Assembly (NCBI GenBank): GCA_017505785.1
Contig: JAFVOQ010000034.1
Coordinates: 14,093-78,092, forward strand
Length of the DNA stretch: 64,000 bases
Direction of reading: 5' to 3'
Origin: Clostridia bacterium
GTDB lineage: Bacteria; Bacillota; Clostridia; Oscillospirales; CAG-272
Shown: positions 1 through 9,340 of the stretch, piece by piece
Layout: each line of letters opens with the position of its first letter
Numbering within the stretch: position 1 is the stretch's first letter
Translations under genes and position numbers: made by a program
Notes under the pieces: generated by a model
What the model was told of the DNA's origin: nothing
The model's database searches: none
Seen by the model: the letters and a program-made list of their open reading frames with translations, nothing else

Positions 1-997
1 CCCCAAGGAAATGGCGATCCGTAACAAATACAAGGGCCGCAATGACCAGGCGACCCAGCAAAAAATGGCACAGGAGATCCAAAAGATGTATCAGGAGGAG
101 GGCTTTAACCCCATGGGTGGATGCCTGCCTCTGCTCATTCAGCTTCCCGTTATTTTGGCACTGTATCAGATCGTGATCGATCCCCTTCGCTACGTGCTCG
201 GTAAGGCAGCTACGCTTTCGAGCGCTTTGACGACCTACTGCACCACCGCAAAGGCGGCAGGTGGTCTTGGCCTTAGCATCGGCAACGGCAAGGGCACCAT
301 CGAGCTACTCTCTCAGGCAGGCAACAAGCTTGAGGGGCTCAAGAGCTTTGCTTACTATTCTAACGCCTCTGAGTGTTATGCGGATCTGACGAACGTTGCG
401 ATCCCCGATTTCGAGTTGTTTGGTCAAAACATGGGTAATATTCCCTCGTTTACTAGCATTTTGGTATTGGTGCCGATCCTCACCTTTGTCTTCTATTTTG
501 CCAGCATGAAGCTCAACCGCAAGTTCACCTATCAGCCTGCCGTGCAGGATGCACAAATGGGATGCTCCAACAACATGATGGATATCACCATGCCTCTGAT
601 GAGCGTGTATATCGCTTTCATCGTTCCTGCCGCCGTTGGTATCTACTGGATCTTCAAGAGCGTGCTTTCCACCCTCAAGTCCTTCGTTATGAGCAAGGTA
701 ATGCCGGTTCCGGTCTTTACCGAGGAGGATTATAAGGCAGCCGAAAAGGCACTCAAGGGTAAGGGCAAGTCGGAAAACAGACCTGCACAGCGCACGTCTA
801 CCTCCGGCACCAAGCCCCGTTCTCTGCACTATATTGACGAGGAGGATGAGCCCCTGCCGCCTCCTGTGCCCGATAGGGTTGAGGAGCCTGCCAAAAAGAA
901 AGAGGAGAAGGCTGAGCCTGCCGTCAACGAGGAGAAGCCCTCCCAGGTGCCCAACCTCAAAGAGGATCGTAAAAACAACGACAACAAGAAAAAGTGA
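1..997 (+). CDS. yidC: Membrane protein insertase YidC/Oxa1 family (5' end cut by window edge)
   Basis: Frame of ORF 11..997 is open to the window start. It has the YidC core ([17 protein letters not shown], several TM helices) and a K/E-rich tail. It is followed by jag and mnmE, as in the conserved cluster. Confidence 0.9.
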   Translation, partial: PKEMAIRNKYKGRNDQATQQKMAQEIQKMYQEEGFNPMGGCLPLLIQLPVILALYQIVIDPLRYVLGKAATLSSALTTYCTTAKAAGGLGLSIGNGKGTIELLSQAGNKLEGLKSFAYYSNASECYADLTNVAIPDFELFGQNMGNIPSFTSILVLVPILTFVFYFASMKLNRKFTYQPAVQDAQMGCSNNMMDITMPLMSVYIAFIVPAAVGIYWIFKSVLSTLKSFVMSKVMPVPVFTEEDYKAAEKALKGKGKSENRPAQRTSTSGTKPRSLHYIDEEDEPLPPPVPDRVEEPAKKKEEKAEPAVNEEKPSQVPNLKEDRKNNDNKKK

Positions 998-1007
998 GGA
1001 TAGAGCT

Positions 1008-1706
1008 ATGAAAAAGGAAATTACCGTAACTGCAAAAACCGTTGAGGAAGCAGTTTTGAAGGCAGTGGCAGAGCTTGGTGCACCCAATGCCGAGGCGATC
1101 ACGTATACTGTTTTGGAGGAGCCGAAAAAGGGCTTTCTCGGCTTTGGTGCCGTGCCTGCCAAAATCACTGCCGTATACGCCGCCAAGGGCGCGAATGCCG
1201 CAGTTGAGTTTATTCGTGCGCTGGTTGACGGCATGGGTATAAATGCCAACGTCAAGCTTGTGGAGAGTAATGAAAAGGATGAGAACAAGCTTATTTGTGT
1301 GGAGGGCGAGGGCGCAGGCGTGCTGATCGGTCACCACGGTGATACGCTTGACTCCTTGCAGTATCTGGCAAATCTTGCCGCAAACAAAAAGGTTGCGGGC
1401 GAGAAGCGCGATTTTTGCCGTATTACCGTTGATGTGGAGAACTACCGCGCCAAGCGTGAGGAAACACTGCGCGCATTGGCACGCAGAAAGGCAGAGCAGG
1501 TCTTGCGCTATAAAAAGAGCGTGATGCTGGAGCCCATGAATCCTTATGAGCGCCGCATCATCCACTCCGAGGTGCAGCACATTGAGGGCGTATCTACCAA
1601 TTCTATCGGTAGTGAAAATAACCGTAAGGTCGTAATGTATCTCGATACCGAGGCGACCGCACGTCCCGCATCGCGTCAGGATTTTGACGAGTTTGCAGAA
1701 TTTTAA
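1008..1706 (+). CDS. khpB: RNA-binding protein Jag/KhpB (Jag_N-KH-R3H)
   Basis: ATG at 1008 (codon 59 of tracked ORF 834..1706) follows GAGGA. N-terminus MKKEITVTAKTVEEAV and the R3H-like C-terminus EPMNPYERRIIH fit the family. Position after yidC is conserved. Confidence 0.85.
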   Translation: MKKEITVTAKTVEEAVLKAVAELGAPNAEAITYTVLEEPKKGFLGFGAVPAKITAVYAAKGANAAVEFIRALVDGMGINANVKLVESNEKDENKLICVEGEGAGVLIGHHGDTLDSLQYLANLAANKKVAGEKRDFCRITVDVENYRAKREETLRALARRKAEQVLRYKKSVMLEPMNPYERRIIHSEVQHIEGVSTNSIGSENNRKVVMYLDTEATARPASRQDFDEFAEF

Positions 1707-1773
1707 TAAAAAGTAAAAGGGCACGGTGCGGGGCACTGCCGCAAGGCAAAACCCGCACCGTGTTGTGGTTTTT

Positions 1774-3141
1774 ATGAAGGTAAATGATACGATAGCCGCC
1801 GTTTCGACACCGCGCGGTAAGGGTGGCATTGCTGTGATCCGTATATCCGGTGCTGATACTGCGGCAGTGCTTGCGAAAATATTTTTGCCGCGCGGCAGAT
1901 CTCCCGTCGAAAATCCGCGCCGTGCTTGCTTTGGTAGTATTTGTATGCCTGCGGGTGAGGTGATCGACGAGGGGCTTGTAACGTACTTTGCCGCCCCTGC
2001 ATCCTTTACGGGTGAGGACGTGGCGGAGATCTCCTGCCACGGCGGTGTGCTTTTGACCGAAGCTGTGCTTGGTGCTGCTTTTGCGGCAGGGGCGCGCCCT
2101 GCCCAGGCGGGCGAGTTTACCGCGCGCGCCATGATGAACGGTAAAATGGGGCTTTCCTCTGCAGAAGCACTGGGCGCATTGCTTGAGGCGGGCACCAAGG
2201 GGCAGCTCGCGCTCGCACGCGGTGGCATGGAGGGCAAGCTTGCCGATGCCACACGTGAGATCTATGAGCGTCTTTCGGCCATTCTTTCGGATATCTATGC
2301 CAAGGTTGATTTTCCTGACGAGGATCTTAACAGCATGAGTGCTACGGAGCTTCGCGCCGCACTTGCACAGGTTAAGGCAAAAACCGAAGCACTTGCCGCC
2401 ACGTGGCAGTGCGGCAGAGCTGTCAGCGAGGGGATCGAAACCGTGATCTGCGGCCCTGTTAACGCAGGCAAATCCTCGCTTTATAATGCGATCGTGGGAT
2501 ATGATGCCGCTATTGTGACCGATATAGCCGGTACCACGCGCGATATCATCAGCGAAACAGTGTCGCTTGGAAATGTTACCCTTCGCTTGTCGGATACGGC
2601 GGGCTTGCGCGATACCGCGGATGCCGTGGAGCAGATCGGCGTGGCACGCGCCGATGCCGCGATCGACCGCGCCGAGTTGGTGCTTGCCGTGCTCGACGGC
2701 AGCCTTGTGCCAGACGAGAGGGTAAAGGCATTTTTGGAACGTCTTAAGAGGGCGTGCGGTACGGTGGTCGTGGTGCTTAACAAGCAGGATAAGGATGCGC
2801 TGTTTCCCACCTCGCTTCTTGCCGATTTTTCGTACGTTGTAACGGTTAGTGCAAGGGATTGCGAAATATCTGCCCTCTGTGAGCTGGTAGGCAAGCTCTA
2901 CACCGCCGATATCGATCTTCGCCATGATGCCATTGTGGCAAACGCGCGCCAGTTTGCCGCGCTGTCACGCGCAACAAATGCGCTTGCTGCTGCTATTGCG
3001 GCGCTTGATGCCGGGGTCCCGTTGGATGCCTCCTGCGTGGATGCCGAGCTTGCCATGTCTGCCGTTGGCGAGGTTGACGGCAGAGCCGTTAGCGAGGATA
3101 TTGTAGCCGATATTTTTTCTCATTTTTGCGTTGGTAAATAA
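1774..3141 (+). CDS. mnmE: tRNA modification GTPase MnmE
   Basis: Start re-picked at M17 of ORF 1726..3141 (MKVNDTIAAVSTPRGKGGIAVIRISG). G-domain motifs GPVNAGKSSL, DTAG and NKQD are present, as is the C-terminal CVGK tetrapeptide typical of MnmE. Confidence 0.95.
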   Translation: MKVNDTIAAVSTPRGKGGIAVIRISGADTAAVLAKIFLPRGRSPVENPRRACFGSICMPAGEVIDEGLVTYFAAPASFTGEDVAEISCHGGVLLTEAVLGAAFAAGARPAQAGEFTARAMMNGKMGLSSAEALGALLEAGTKGQLALARGGMEGKLADATREIYERLSAILSDIYAKVDFPDEDLNSMSATELRAALAQVKAKTEALAATWQCGRAVSEGIETVICGPVNAGKSSLYNAIVGYDAAIVTDIAGTTRDIISETVSLGNVTLRLSDTAGLRDTADAVEQIGVARADAAIDRAELVLAVLDGSLVPDERVKAFLERLKRACGTVVVVLNKQDKDALFPTSLLADFSYVVTVSARDCEISALCELVGKLYTADIDLRHDAIVANARQFAALSRATNALAAAIAALDAGVPLDASCVDAELAMSAVGEVDGRAVSEDIVADIFSHFCVGK

Positions 3142-3162
3142 GAAACAAAAAGGAGTGAGCTT

Positions 3163-3504
3163 ATGAAAACAAGTGAACGCGTATTATTTATCATTGGTGT
3201 CATTCTGACTGCTGCCGCCCTGTTGCTTGCATGCTTTGCGGCATATTTTGGTATATCGTCCTTGATCTCGCTCCGCTTTCACGGTGTGCAGGGCACCGAA
3301 AGCATCGGTGTTGCGTTTATGCTTGTGTTTTTGGTGATCTTTTCCTTCGCTACGTGGGCAGCTTCCTTACTTGCCGCAATTCTGTTGCTTATTCGCCCTG
3401 TACGTACACAGCACCCCCGTGTGCGGCGTTGGTCGCGCGTGCTGCTTATATTGCTTTTGGCAATGAGCCTTCTGCTTGGCGTTATATTTTTGCTTTGCCT
3501 ATAA
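3163..3504 (+). CDS. Hypothetical small membrane protein
   Basis: 113-aa ORF with AAGGAG upstream and about three hydrophobic helices. No family recognised. Confidence 0.5.
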   Translation: MKTSERVLFIIGVILTAAALLLACFAAYFGISSLISLRFHGVQGTESIGVAFMLVFLVIFSFATWAASLLAAILLLIRPVRTQHPRVRRWSRVLLILLLAMSLLLGVIFLLCL

Positions 3505-3569
3505 GATGATTGAAAATAACACACCTGTGTGCAAAAAATCAGCACACGGGTGTGTTTTTATGAGATCTG

Positions 3570-4313
3570 TTAGGGCGTTTTGCATTCTTCAAGTTTAGGG
3601 ATCGGAAAGGCGTTAAGCGCCTTTTTGCGTTCCTTGTGATCGGGCATGACGGTAGCAAGATATTGCCAAAACGCGGTGCTGTGATCGGCATGGTGGAAAT
3701 GCGCGAGCTCATGGCAGATCACGTAATCGACAAGTGCAGGGGGCAAAAAAACAAGATTGCGACTCAGCGTTACACGCCCCTGTGTAGGGCGGCAAACGCC
3801 CCATTTTGTTTTCATGGTGCGAAAAGCGAGTGAAGGGACTTTGGGTGGCTTTGGTGCAAAGATCGGGGTAAGCTCTTTGGTGCGAGGTGTAAGGCGTGTG
3901 CGCGCCTCGCGGTCAAGAAATTCGGCAAAGCACTGTATGCGCTCTGCATGATTTTCGGGATCCTTTACGGCAAGGGTGAGGATGCCATTTTCAGCACAGG
4001 CATAGCGCGTGTTTGCTTTTATGACCCAAACGGTATGAGATATCCCCCAAATAGGGATCGCTTCGCCCGTGATCAGGCACAAGGGCTTGGGCTGTGCCGC
4101 TTGGCGATCTGCCAATTTTTTTCGCGCTTTTTCAATAAAGGTGACCTGCGCTGAAAGAAATTCCTCTACGCGAGCGAGTGGCGTGTGCTGCGGTGCCGAA
4201 ATGTGGAGCGAGCCGTCGCTTTTGACGCGCAAGGTGAGATTTTTTACCTTTTTGCGTTCAAAGGTATAGGCGTAGAGCTTGTCGCCTGTGGTGTAAGTAC
4301 GTGCTTCCTTCAT
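3570..4313 (-). CDS. YgjP-like M48/DUF45 family metal-dependent hydrolase
   Basis: HELAHFHHADHS (HExxH) lies near the C-terminus and the overall layout is YgjP-like. It is the last gene of a tightly packed minus-strand operon (cca, hydrolase, ruvX, this gene). Confidence 0.8.
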   Translation of the reverse strand: MKEARTYTTGDKLYAYTFERKKVKNLTLRVKSDGSLHISAPQHTPLARVEEFLSAQVTFIEKARKKLADRQAAQPKPLCLITGEAIPIWGISHTVWVIKANTRYACAENGILTLAVKDPENHAERIQCFAEFLDREARTRLTPRTKELTPIFAPKPPKVPSLAFRTMKTKWGVCRPTQGRVTLSRNLVFLPPALVDYVICHELAHFHHADHSTAFWQYLATVMPDHKERKKALNAFPIPKLEECKTP

Positions 4314-4314
4314 G

Positions 4315-4761
4315 TTATCGGCGGAGCTTATCCAATGCGTTTTGCAGGATGATCTCGGCGGAAAGCGTGTCGATCACGCCCTTTCTTCGCTGCCCTCTGG
4401 TATTGGTTTCGTTAAGAAAGCGCGATGCCGCCATGGTGGTCATGCGCTCATCCATGAGGGCAAGGGGCACATCGGGGAGCCGTTCCTCAAGCATGGCGGC
4501 AAGCTGGCGAATGCGTGCCGCGCGCGGTCCCTCCGTGCCGTTCATGTTTACGGGAAGCCCTAACACGATTGCACTGATCCTTTCAGCCTGTACCACCTCG
4601 GCAATTGCCTCAACCGAGCGTTCAAGTCCACCGCCCTTGATGTTGCCAACACCCGATGCAAGCATACGGGAGGCATCGGATATTGCAAGACCGGTGCGCG
4701 CCTCTCCAAAATCAATGCCGAGCACGCGTCCCTTGGTTTCTTTCAGTTTTTCAAAGCTCAT
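4315..4761 (-). CDS. ruvX: Putative pre-16S rRNA nuclease / Holliday junction resolvase-like RuvX (YqgF)
   Basis: 148 aa with the N-terminal motif RVLGIDFGEARTGLAISD typical of the YqgF family. Confidence 0.9.
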   Translation of the reverse strand: MSFEKLKETKGRVLGIDFGEARTGLAISDASRMLASGVGNIKGGGLERSVEAIAEVVQAERISAIVLGLPVNMNGTEGPRAARIRQLAAMLEERLPDVPLALMDERMTTMAASRFLNETNTRGQRRKGVIDTLSAEIILQNALDKLRR

Positions 4762-4764
4762 AGG

Positions 4765-5715
4765 TTACTCCTTACAGGTCATAGGGATTTTGGAAAGGAA
4801 ATCCATAATGTCATCAAACACCTCGTCGCGGTTTTCCTCGTTGTGCATTTCGTGCCTGCCGCCCTCATATAGCTTTAGGGTGACGTTACAGCCTTCTGCC
4901 AATAGACGCTCGTAGATCTTTTTCACACCTCGCCCGTAATTGCCAACGGGATCCATATCACCGGCAAAAAGCAGAATGGGTAAATTTTTTGGCACGCCCT
5001 GTGCCCACTGCTTGCTCGAAACGGCGCCAAGCAGTGAGAAAAGTGTATCATATCCCGCAGCGGTAAACACGTAACAGCAAAAGGGATCATTTGCATAACG
5101 CTCGCGCACACTGCGCTCGCGTGTAAGCCATGCATTAGGGTCATTTTCCTTCGAGAAGTGCTTGTTGTAAGCACCAAAGGCAAGGGAAGTGATGAATTTA
5201 CTGCGGTGACGGTGTCCCTTTGCGCGTGCAATGGCGTGTGTTAGCTTAAGCGCGAGGGCGGTGGGCTGCTCGGGCCCCGCTGTGCCGCTGATCAGAGCAC
5301 CCGTCAGCTCCTCGCCGTAGCGAACGAGATACAGCCTTGCGGCAAAGGAGCCCATGCTATGTCCGTAAAGGAATAGCGGAAGACCTTGAAAACGGCTTTT
5401 GATGATCCCTGTCATCGTATAGAGATCCTCTACGATATAATCCGCGCCGCCTCTGGTTGCCGTGTAGCCAAGATCGGACTTTTTGGGGGCGGTTTGACCG
5501 TGCCCCAAATGATCGTTGCCGCAAAAAATGATGCCCTGTGCCGCAAAACGGCGCGCCCAATCGTCATAGCGTGCCACGTATTCGCACATTCCGTGCGAAA
5601 GCTGAATGATAGCACGCGGTGTGATATTCTGCGGTATCCACGCGTATGCGTGTACGGTGCTGATGCCGTCAGACGAGGGATATGTGAACTCCTCAAAGGA
5701 AATGTTATTTGTCAT
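4765..5715 (-). CDS. Alpha/beta hydrolase (lysophospholipase / monoacylglycerol lipase-like)
   Basis: GHSMGS nucleophile elbow. ATG at 5715 is preceded by AAGGAGA and overlaps the cca stop as ATGA. The tracked TTG at 5721 is less likely. Confidence 0.8.
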   Translation of the reverse strand: MTNNISFEEFTYPSSDGISTVHAYAWIPQNITPRAIIQLSHGMCEYVARYDDWARRFAAQGIIFCGNDHLGHGQTAPKKSDLGYTATRGGADYIVEDLYTMTGIIKSRFQGLPLFLYGHSMGSFAARLYLVRYGEELTGALISGTAGPEQPTALALKLTHAIARAKGHRHRSKFITSLAFGAYNKHFSKENDPNAWLTRERSVRERYANDPFCCYVFTAAGYDTLFSLLGAVSSKQWAQGVPKNLPILLFAGDMDPVGNYGRGVKKIYERLLAEGCNVTLKLYEGGRHEMHNEENRDEVFDDIMDFLSKIPMTCKE

Positions 5716-6941
5716 AGCCAATTCTCCTTTTCACAAATGCGGCGTGCCGCCGCAAGCAGTGTATCACGTTGATTTGCCGTTGGATCCTGCCACACAAGAT
5801 CCTGCAGATAGGCGAGCAGTGCCGCCGTTTTCTCAACACGCACCCCCACCTTTTCCTGTAACGCCTTGCCGTTTACTGCCAAACGGCGCAGCTCTGTTGC
5901 CGTGCCGTCCTTTAAAACAGTGCGCGTGAGTGTCATGGCGCGGTCAACGTCCTCGCCAAAGAGCGCGGCGCGCAGCAGCAGTGCCCCCTCAAAGTGCGGA
6001 AAATGGCGGCAGACAAACCGCCTTGCTTCGTAAGGGCTGTTGGGTAATTTTTCGCCAAGTGCCGTAACATAGGCACACATGCTGTCGGAAAATGCATTTG
6101 GCGCATGCCAACGCCTTGCAAGTCGGCGCAGCGCATCGGGTGTTTGTCCATGCAGCAATGCCGCCATGCGAAGCGGCGCTTGCTTTGGCAGAATATTTAG
6201 CGCTGTAAGGCGCGTGAGATCGGGAAAAATGTCAAAAAATATATAGGGCATGCATCCGGCATTCTGCATGCCGCAGATCCCGCGCTCCGGCACAACGCCC
6301 AAAACGGTGCGCGTTAACTCCGAGAAAATGCGCTCAACCGCAATATCCGCAAGGCGAGGGGCGCAAAGGCATGCACCCTGTGCGGTTTTGGGCTCAACGG
6401 TGAAGCCCAGCTGTGAAGCAAAACGAAAGCAACGCAAAATGCGCAAGGCATCCTCGCGAAACCGCTTTTCGGGATCGCCCACGGCGCGCAGAATACCGTT
6501 GGCAAGGTCCGCTTGACCGCCAAAAAGATCCACAAGCCCCGTTTCCTCGCTCCATGCCATAGCGTTTACCGTAAAATCGCGGCGCGCAAGATCCGCACCG
6601 AGATCGGTGGTAAAGGTCACGTTATCGGGGTGACGACTGTCGCTATAGGTGCCGTCGGTGCGGTGGGAGGTGATCTCTATCGGCTTTCCCTGCAAGAGCA
6701 CGGTTACGGTGCCATGTGAGAGCCCGGTTGGGATCACGCGAAAATTTTTAAAAATTTCAAGCATTTCCGCAGGGGTGGCGTTTGCGGTAAGGTCAAAATC
6801 GTGGGGCTGCACACCGCGCAAAAGATCGCGCAGACTGCCGCCTACAAGATACCCACGCTTACCGTTTTGCCGCAAGACATCTAAAACCTCGTGCACGTAT
6901 GTGGGTATTTGCCCTCGGATATCTACTTGCATTTTGCTCAT
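5712..6941 (-). CDS. cca: CCA-adding tRNA nucleotidyltransferase (PolyA polymerase head-domain family)
   Basis: N-terminal GGSLRDLL..DFDL nucleotidyltransferase motif in a 409-aa protein typical of Firmicutes Cca. Confidence 0.8.
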   Translation of the reverse strand: MSKMQVDIRGQIPTYVHEVLDVLRQNGKRGYLVGGSLRDLLRGVQPHDFDLTANATPAEMLEIFKNFRVIPTGLSHGTVTVLLQGKPIEITSHRTDGTYSDSRHPDNVTFTTDLGADLARRDFTVNAMAWSEETGLVDLFGGQADLANGILRAVGDPEKRFREDALRILRCFRFASQLGFTVEPKTAQGACLCAPRLADIAVERIFSELTRTVLGVVPERGICGMQNAGCMPYIFFDIFPDLTRLTALNILPKQAPLRMAALLHGQTPDALRRLARRWHAPNAFSDSMCAYVTALGEKLPNSPYEARRFVCRHFPHFEGALLLRAALFGEDVDRAMTLTRTVLKDGTATELRRLAVNGKALQEKVGVRVEKTAALLAYLQDLVWQDPTANQRDTLLAAARRICEKENWL

Positions 6942-7057
6942 CTCCCTGTTATAGTGCTCTTTCTTTCATTATAACCATTATAACATAAAATTTCGTCGGT
7001 GTAAACAAATCGGCATTTTTTGCCTTGTTTTGTTTTTTGAAATCGGTAAACACTATT

Positions 7058-7344
7058 GCCGAAGAGAACCAAACCTCATACGCCCTGCGGCGAGTATTTT
7101 TCGCGTCTTTTGCCCAATCTCGCCTTGCAAGATGCTCATCTTGCTTCGCCTCGTTTTGACAAAATCCAACAAAAAATACAGTGCCGGAGGGTGCTGTGCA
7201 GTTTTGTGCGAGCAAATATTTCGCAGATGCAAAGAGAAAATGCGAACCAATATAGGATAATTGCGAGTGTTTTTCTACAGCAGGTGCACATATTTGTCGC
7301 CCCAAACCGTGTGAGTTTGGCTCTCTTCGGCTATTGCCGAAGAG
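7058..7344. repeat. Non-coding segment bounded by inverted repeats, with alternative pairings
   Basis: Left arm GCCGAAGAGAACCAAACCTC (7058-7077) is complementary to GAGTTTGGCTCTCTTCGGC (7313-7331). Each half of the right arm also forms a local hairpin: CCAAAC/GTTTGG (7302-7320) and CTCTTCGGC-TATT-GCCGAAGAG (7323-7344). Confidence 0.6.
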
Positions 7345-7387
7345 CATTGTGACATGTTGCACGGCTCTTGGAAAAGAGGTAAAAAGA

Positions 7388-7600
7388 ATGACTGTCATTG
7401 ACCGTATTGCTCTGATCCTTGTTGTGGTTGGTGCCCTTAACTGGGGCGGGATCGGGCTGTTCAGCTTTGATGCGGTTGCGTGGATCTGCGGTGGCGCGGG
7501 CACCTTGCTTGCGCGTATTATCTATACCGTTGTAGCGCTTGCCGGCATCTGGTGCATTTCTTTGATCTTTCGTTCTGAGGACGCAGTCGAAGAAATGTAA
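7388..7600 (+). CDS. DUF378 family small membrane protein
   Basis: Start re-picked at M19 of ORF 7334..7600 (RBS AAGAGG). Sequence MTVIDRIALILVVVGALNWGGIGLF matches the DUF378 pattern. Confidence 0.75.
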   Translation: MTVIDRIALILVVVGALNWGGIGLFSFDAVAWICGGAGTLLARIIYTVVALAGIWCISLIFRSEDAVEEM

Positions 7601-7612
7601 CACTCATTTCTT

Positions 7613-7662
7613 GCCGCCGCGAGGAACACGCGTTAGTGTGTTTCTTTGCGGCGGTTTTTTTT
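7613..7662 (+). terminator. Rho-independent terminator after the DUF378 gene
   Basis: GCCGCCGC ... GCGGCGG stem followed by a T8 run. Confidence 0.7.
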
Positions 7663-7938
7663 GTAAAAATACATATTTTGTGAATATCGTTGAAAAAATA
7701 TTCACGCTGGGCAACCGTTATAATGGCTTTTGCACCGCGGCGCAGTAGCAGAACACGTTTTTGAATTACCTCGCATGGCCTTCATGCAACCGATGATTAT
7801 ATATTTATGCTTATTGATATAATGATTATTTTATCATGCATTTTTAAAATTCTCGCGCGCCGATCCTCACACATTTTTAACAAAAAAATGCGCGCCCTGC
7901 CATACATTTTTGCTTTGTGTCCACAATTTCAAAAATAA

Positions 7939-7952
7939 TGCAAAAATATTCA
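7939..7952. promoter_or_regulatory. Candidate ARG box (ArgR/AhrC operator) abutting the argG promoter
   Basis: TGCAAAAATATTCA resembles the TGAAT-W4-ATTCA ARG-box core and lies 10 nt upstream of the -35 element. A second inverted repeat, TGAATA-N12-TATTCA, is at 7681-7704. Confidence 0.4.
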
Positions 7953-7961
7953 CAAAAATGC

Positions 7962-7990
7962 TTGACAAATACAAAAAGAAGTGTTATGAT
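7962..7990 (+). promoter_or_regulatory. Sigma-A type promoter of argG
   Basis: TTGACA (7962-7967), 17-nt spacer, TATGAT (7985-7990), about 55 nt before the argG ATG. Confidence 0.6.
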
Positions 7991-8045
7991 AATGCCATGC
8001 CAATTTGGACGATGTAAATTCTTAAATACCAAGGAGATCAAAATC

Positions 8046-9269
8046 ATGGAAAAGAAGGATATCAAAAAAGTAGTGCTCGCCTATTCCGGCGGCCTTGACA
8101 CCTCTATTATCATTCCGTGGCTCAAGGAGAACTATAATAACTGTGAGGTTATCGCAGTTTCGGGTAACGTTGGCCAGGCAGATGAGCTTGAAGGGCTTGA
8201 GGAGAAGGCGATCAAAACCGGTGCTTCCAAGTGCTACGTGCTTGACTTGACTGACGATTACGTCGACAATTACATTATCCCCTGCGTGAAGGCAGGCGCA
8301 ATTTACGAGGAATATCTGCTCGGCACCAGCCATGCACGTCCCTGCATTGCCAAGGCGCTGGTTGATATTGCAATCAAGGAGGGGGCAGATGCCATTGCAC
8401 ACGGCTGTACCGGTAAGGGCAACGACCAGGTTCGCTTTGAGCTGACCATTAAGCGCTTCGCACCCGATATGCCCATCATCGCTCCTTGGCGCGAGTGGAA
8501 CATCAAGTCCCGTGAGGAGGAGATCGATTACGCAGAGGCACATAACGTACCGCTGAAGATCAATCGCGAAACCAACTATTCCAAGGACAAGAACCTTTGG
8601 CATCTTTCTCACGAGGGTCTTGATCTTGAGGATACCGGCAACGAGCCGCAGTATGAGAAAAAGGGCTTCCTCGAAATGGGCGTTTCTCCCATCAACGCGC
8701 CCGACTTTCCTACCTACATTGAGCTTGAGTTTGACAAGGGTGTACCTGTGGCACTCAACGGCGAGAAGATGTCTGCCAAGAATATTATCCTTGCGCTCAA
8801 CAAGATCGGCGGGGAGAACGGCATCGGCTTGCTTGATATCGTTGAGAACCGTCTTGTCGGCATGAAGTGTCGCGGTGTGTACGAAACGCCCGGCGGAGCG
8901 ATCCTCTACAAGGCACATAGCGTTCTTGAGACCCTTTGCCTTGACAAGTACACGATGCATGAAAAGCAGAAGCTTGCCGTAACCTACGGTGAGCTGGTCT
9001 ATAACGGTCAGTGGTTCACCCCCTTGCGCGAGGCACTTGCCGCATTTGTTGATAAAACGCAGGAGCGCGTGACCGGTAAGGTGCGCCTGAAGCTTTACAA
9101 GGGCAATATGATCAATGCGGGCACTTGGAGCCCCTACACGCTTTACAGCGAGGAGATCGCCACCTTCGGCGAGAGCAACTACAACCAGAAGGATGCAGAG
9201 GGCTTTATCAACCTCTTCGGTCTGCCGATCCAGGTGCAGGCAATGTCCGATATGGGTAAACTGAAATAA
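8046..9269 (+). CDS. argG: Argininosuccinate synthase
   Basis: Start at M44 of ORF 7917..9269 (AAGGAGA RBS). [10 protein letters not shown]-loop and full-length ArgG-like sequence. Confidence 0.95.
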   Translation: MEKKDIKKVVLAYSGGLDTSIIIPWLKENYNNCEVIAVSGNVGQADELEGLEEKAIKTGASKCYVLDLTDDYVDNYIIPCVKAGAIYEEYLLGTSHARPCIAKALVDIAIKEGADAIAHGCTGKGNDQVRFELTIKRFAPDMPIIAPWREWNIKSREEEIDYAEAHNVPLKINRETNYSKDKNLWHLSHEGLDLEDTGNEPQYEKKGFLEMGVSPINAPDFPTYIELEFDKGVPVALNGEKMSAKNIILALNKIGGENGIGLLDIVENRLVGMKCRGVYETPGGAILYKAHSVLETLCLDKYTMHEKQKLAVTYGELVYNGQWFTPLREALAAFVDKTQERVTGKVRLKLYKGNMINAGTWSPYTLYSEEIATFGESNYNQKDAEGFINLFGLPIQVQAMSDMGKLK

Positions 9270-9340
9270 TCAAAAGCAATTACGGACTGCCGTACCGAGA
9301 GGTACGGCAGTCCTATGGTGTTCTTTAAGGAGAGAAATTT

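Noticed and set aside
305-2925. Long antisense ORFs (305..1288 -, 957..2252 -, 1603..2925 -). Similar ones occur elsewhere: 29203..30585 +, 31529..33295 -, 35190..36407 -, 42006..43100 -, 43241..44194 -, 49566..50645 -, 53541..54644 -, 56521..57408 -, 61086..62033 +.
   Set aside because: Each lies opposite a gene with strong family signatures. Their translations are Arg/Ala/Gly/His-rich low-complexity sequences with no recognisable motifs or RBS. This is typical shadow-ORF behaviour in GC-rich coding DNA.
7132-7260. A 42-aa Cys-rich ORF (MLILLRLVLTKSNKKYSAGGCCAVLCEQIFRRCKEKMRTNIG) inside the inverted-repeat-bounded segment; considered as a possible small peptide or bacteriocin.
   Set aside because: It has no RBS, sits in a region with overlapping ORFs of similar length on both strands, and has no processing motif or neighbouring maturation or export genes.
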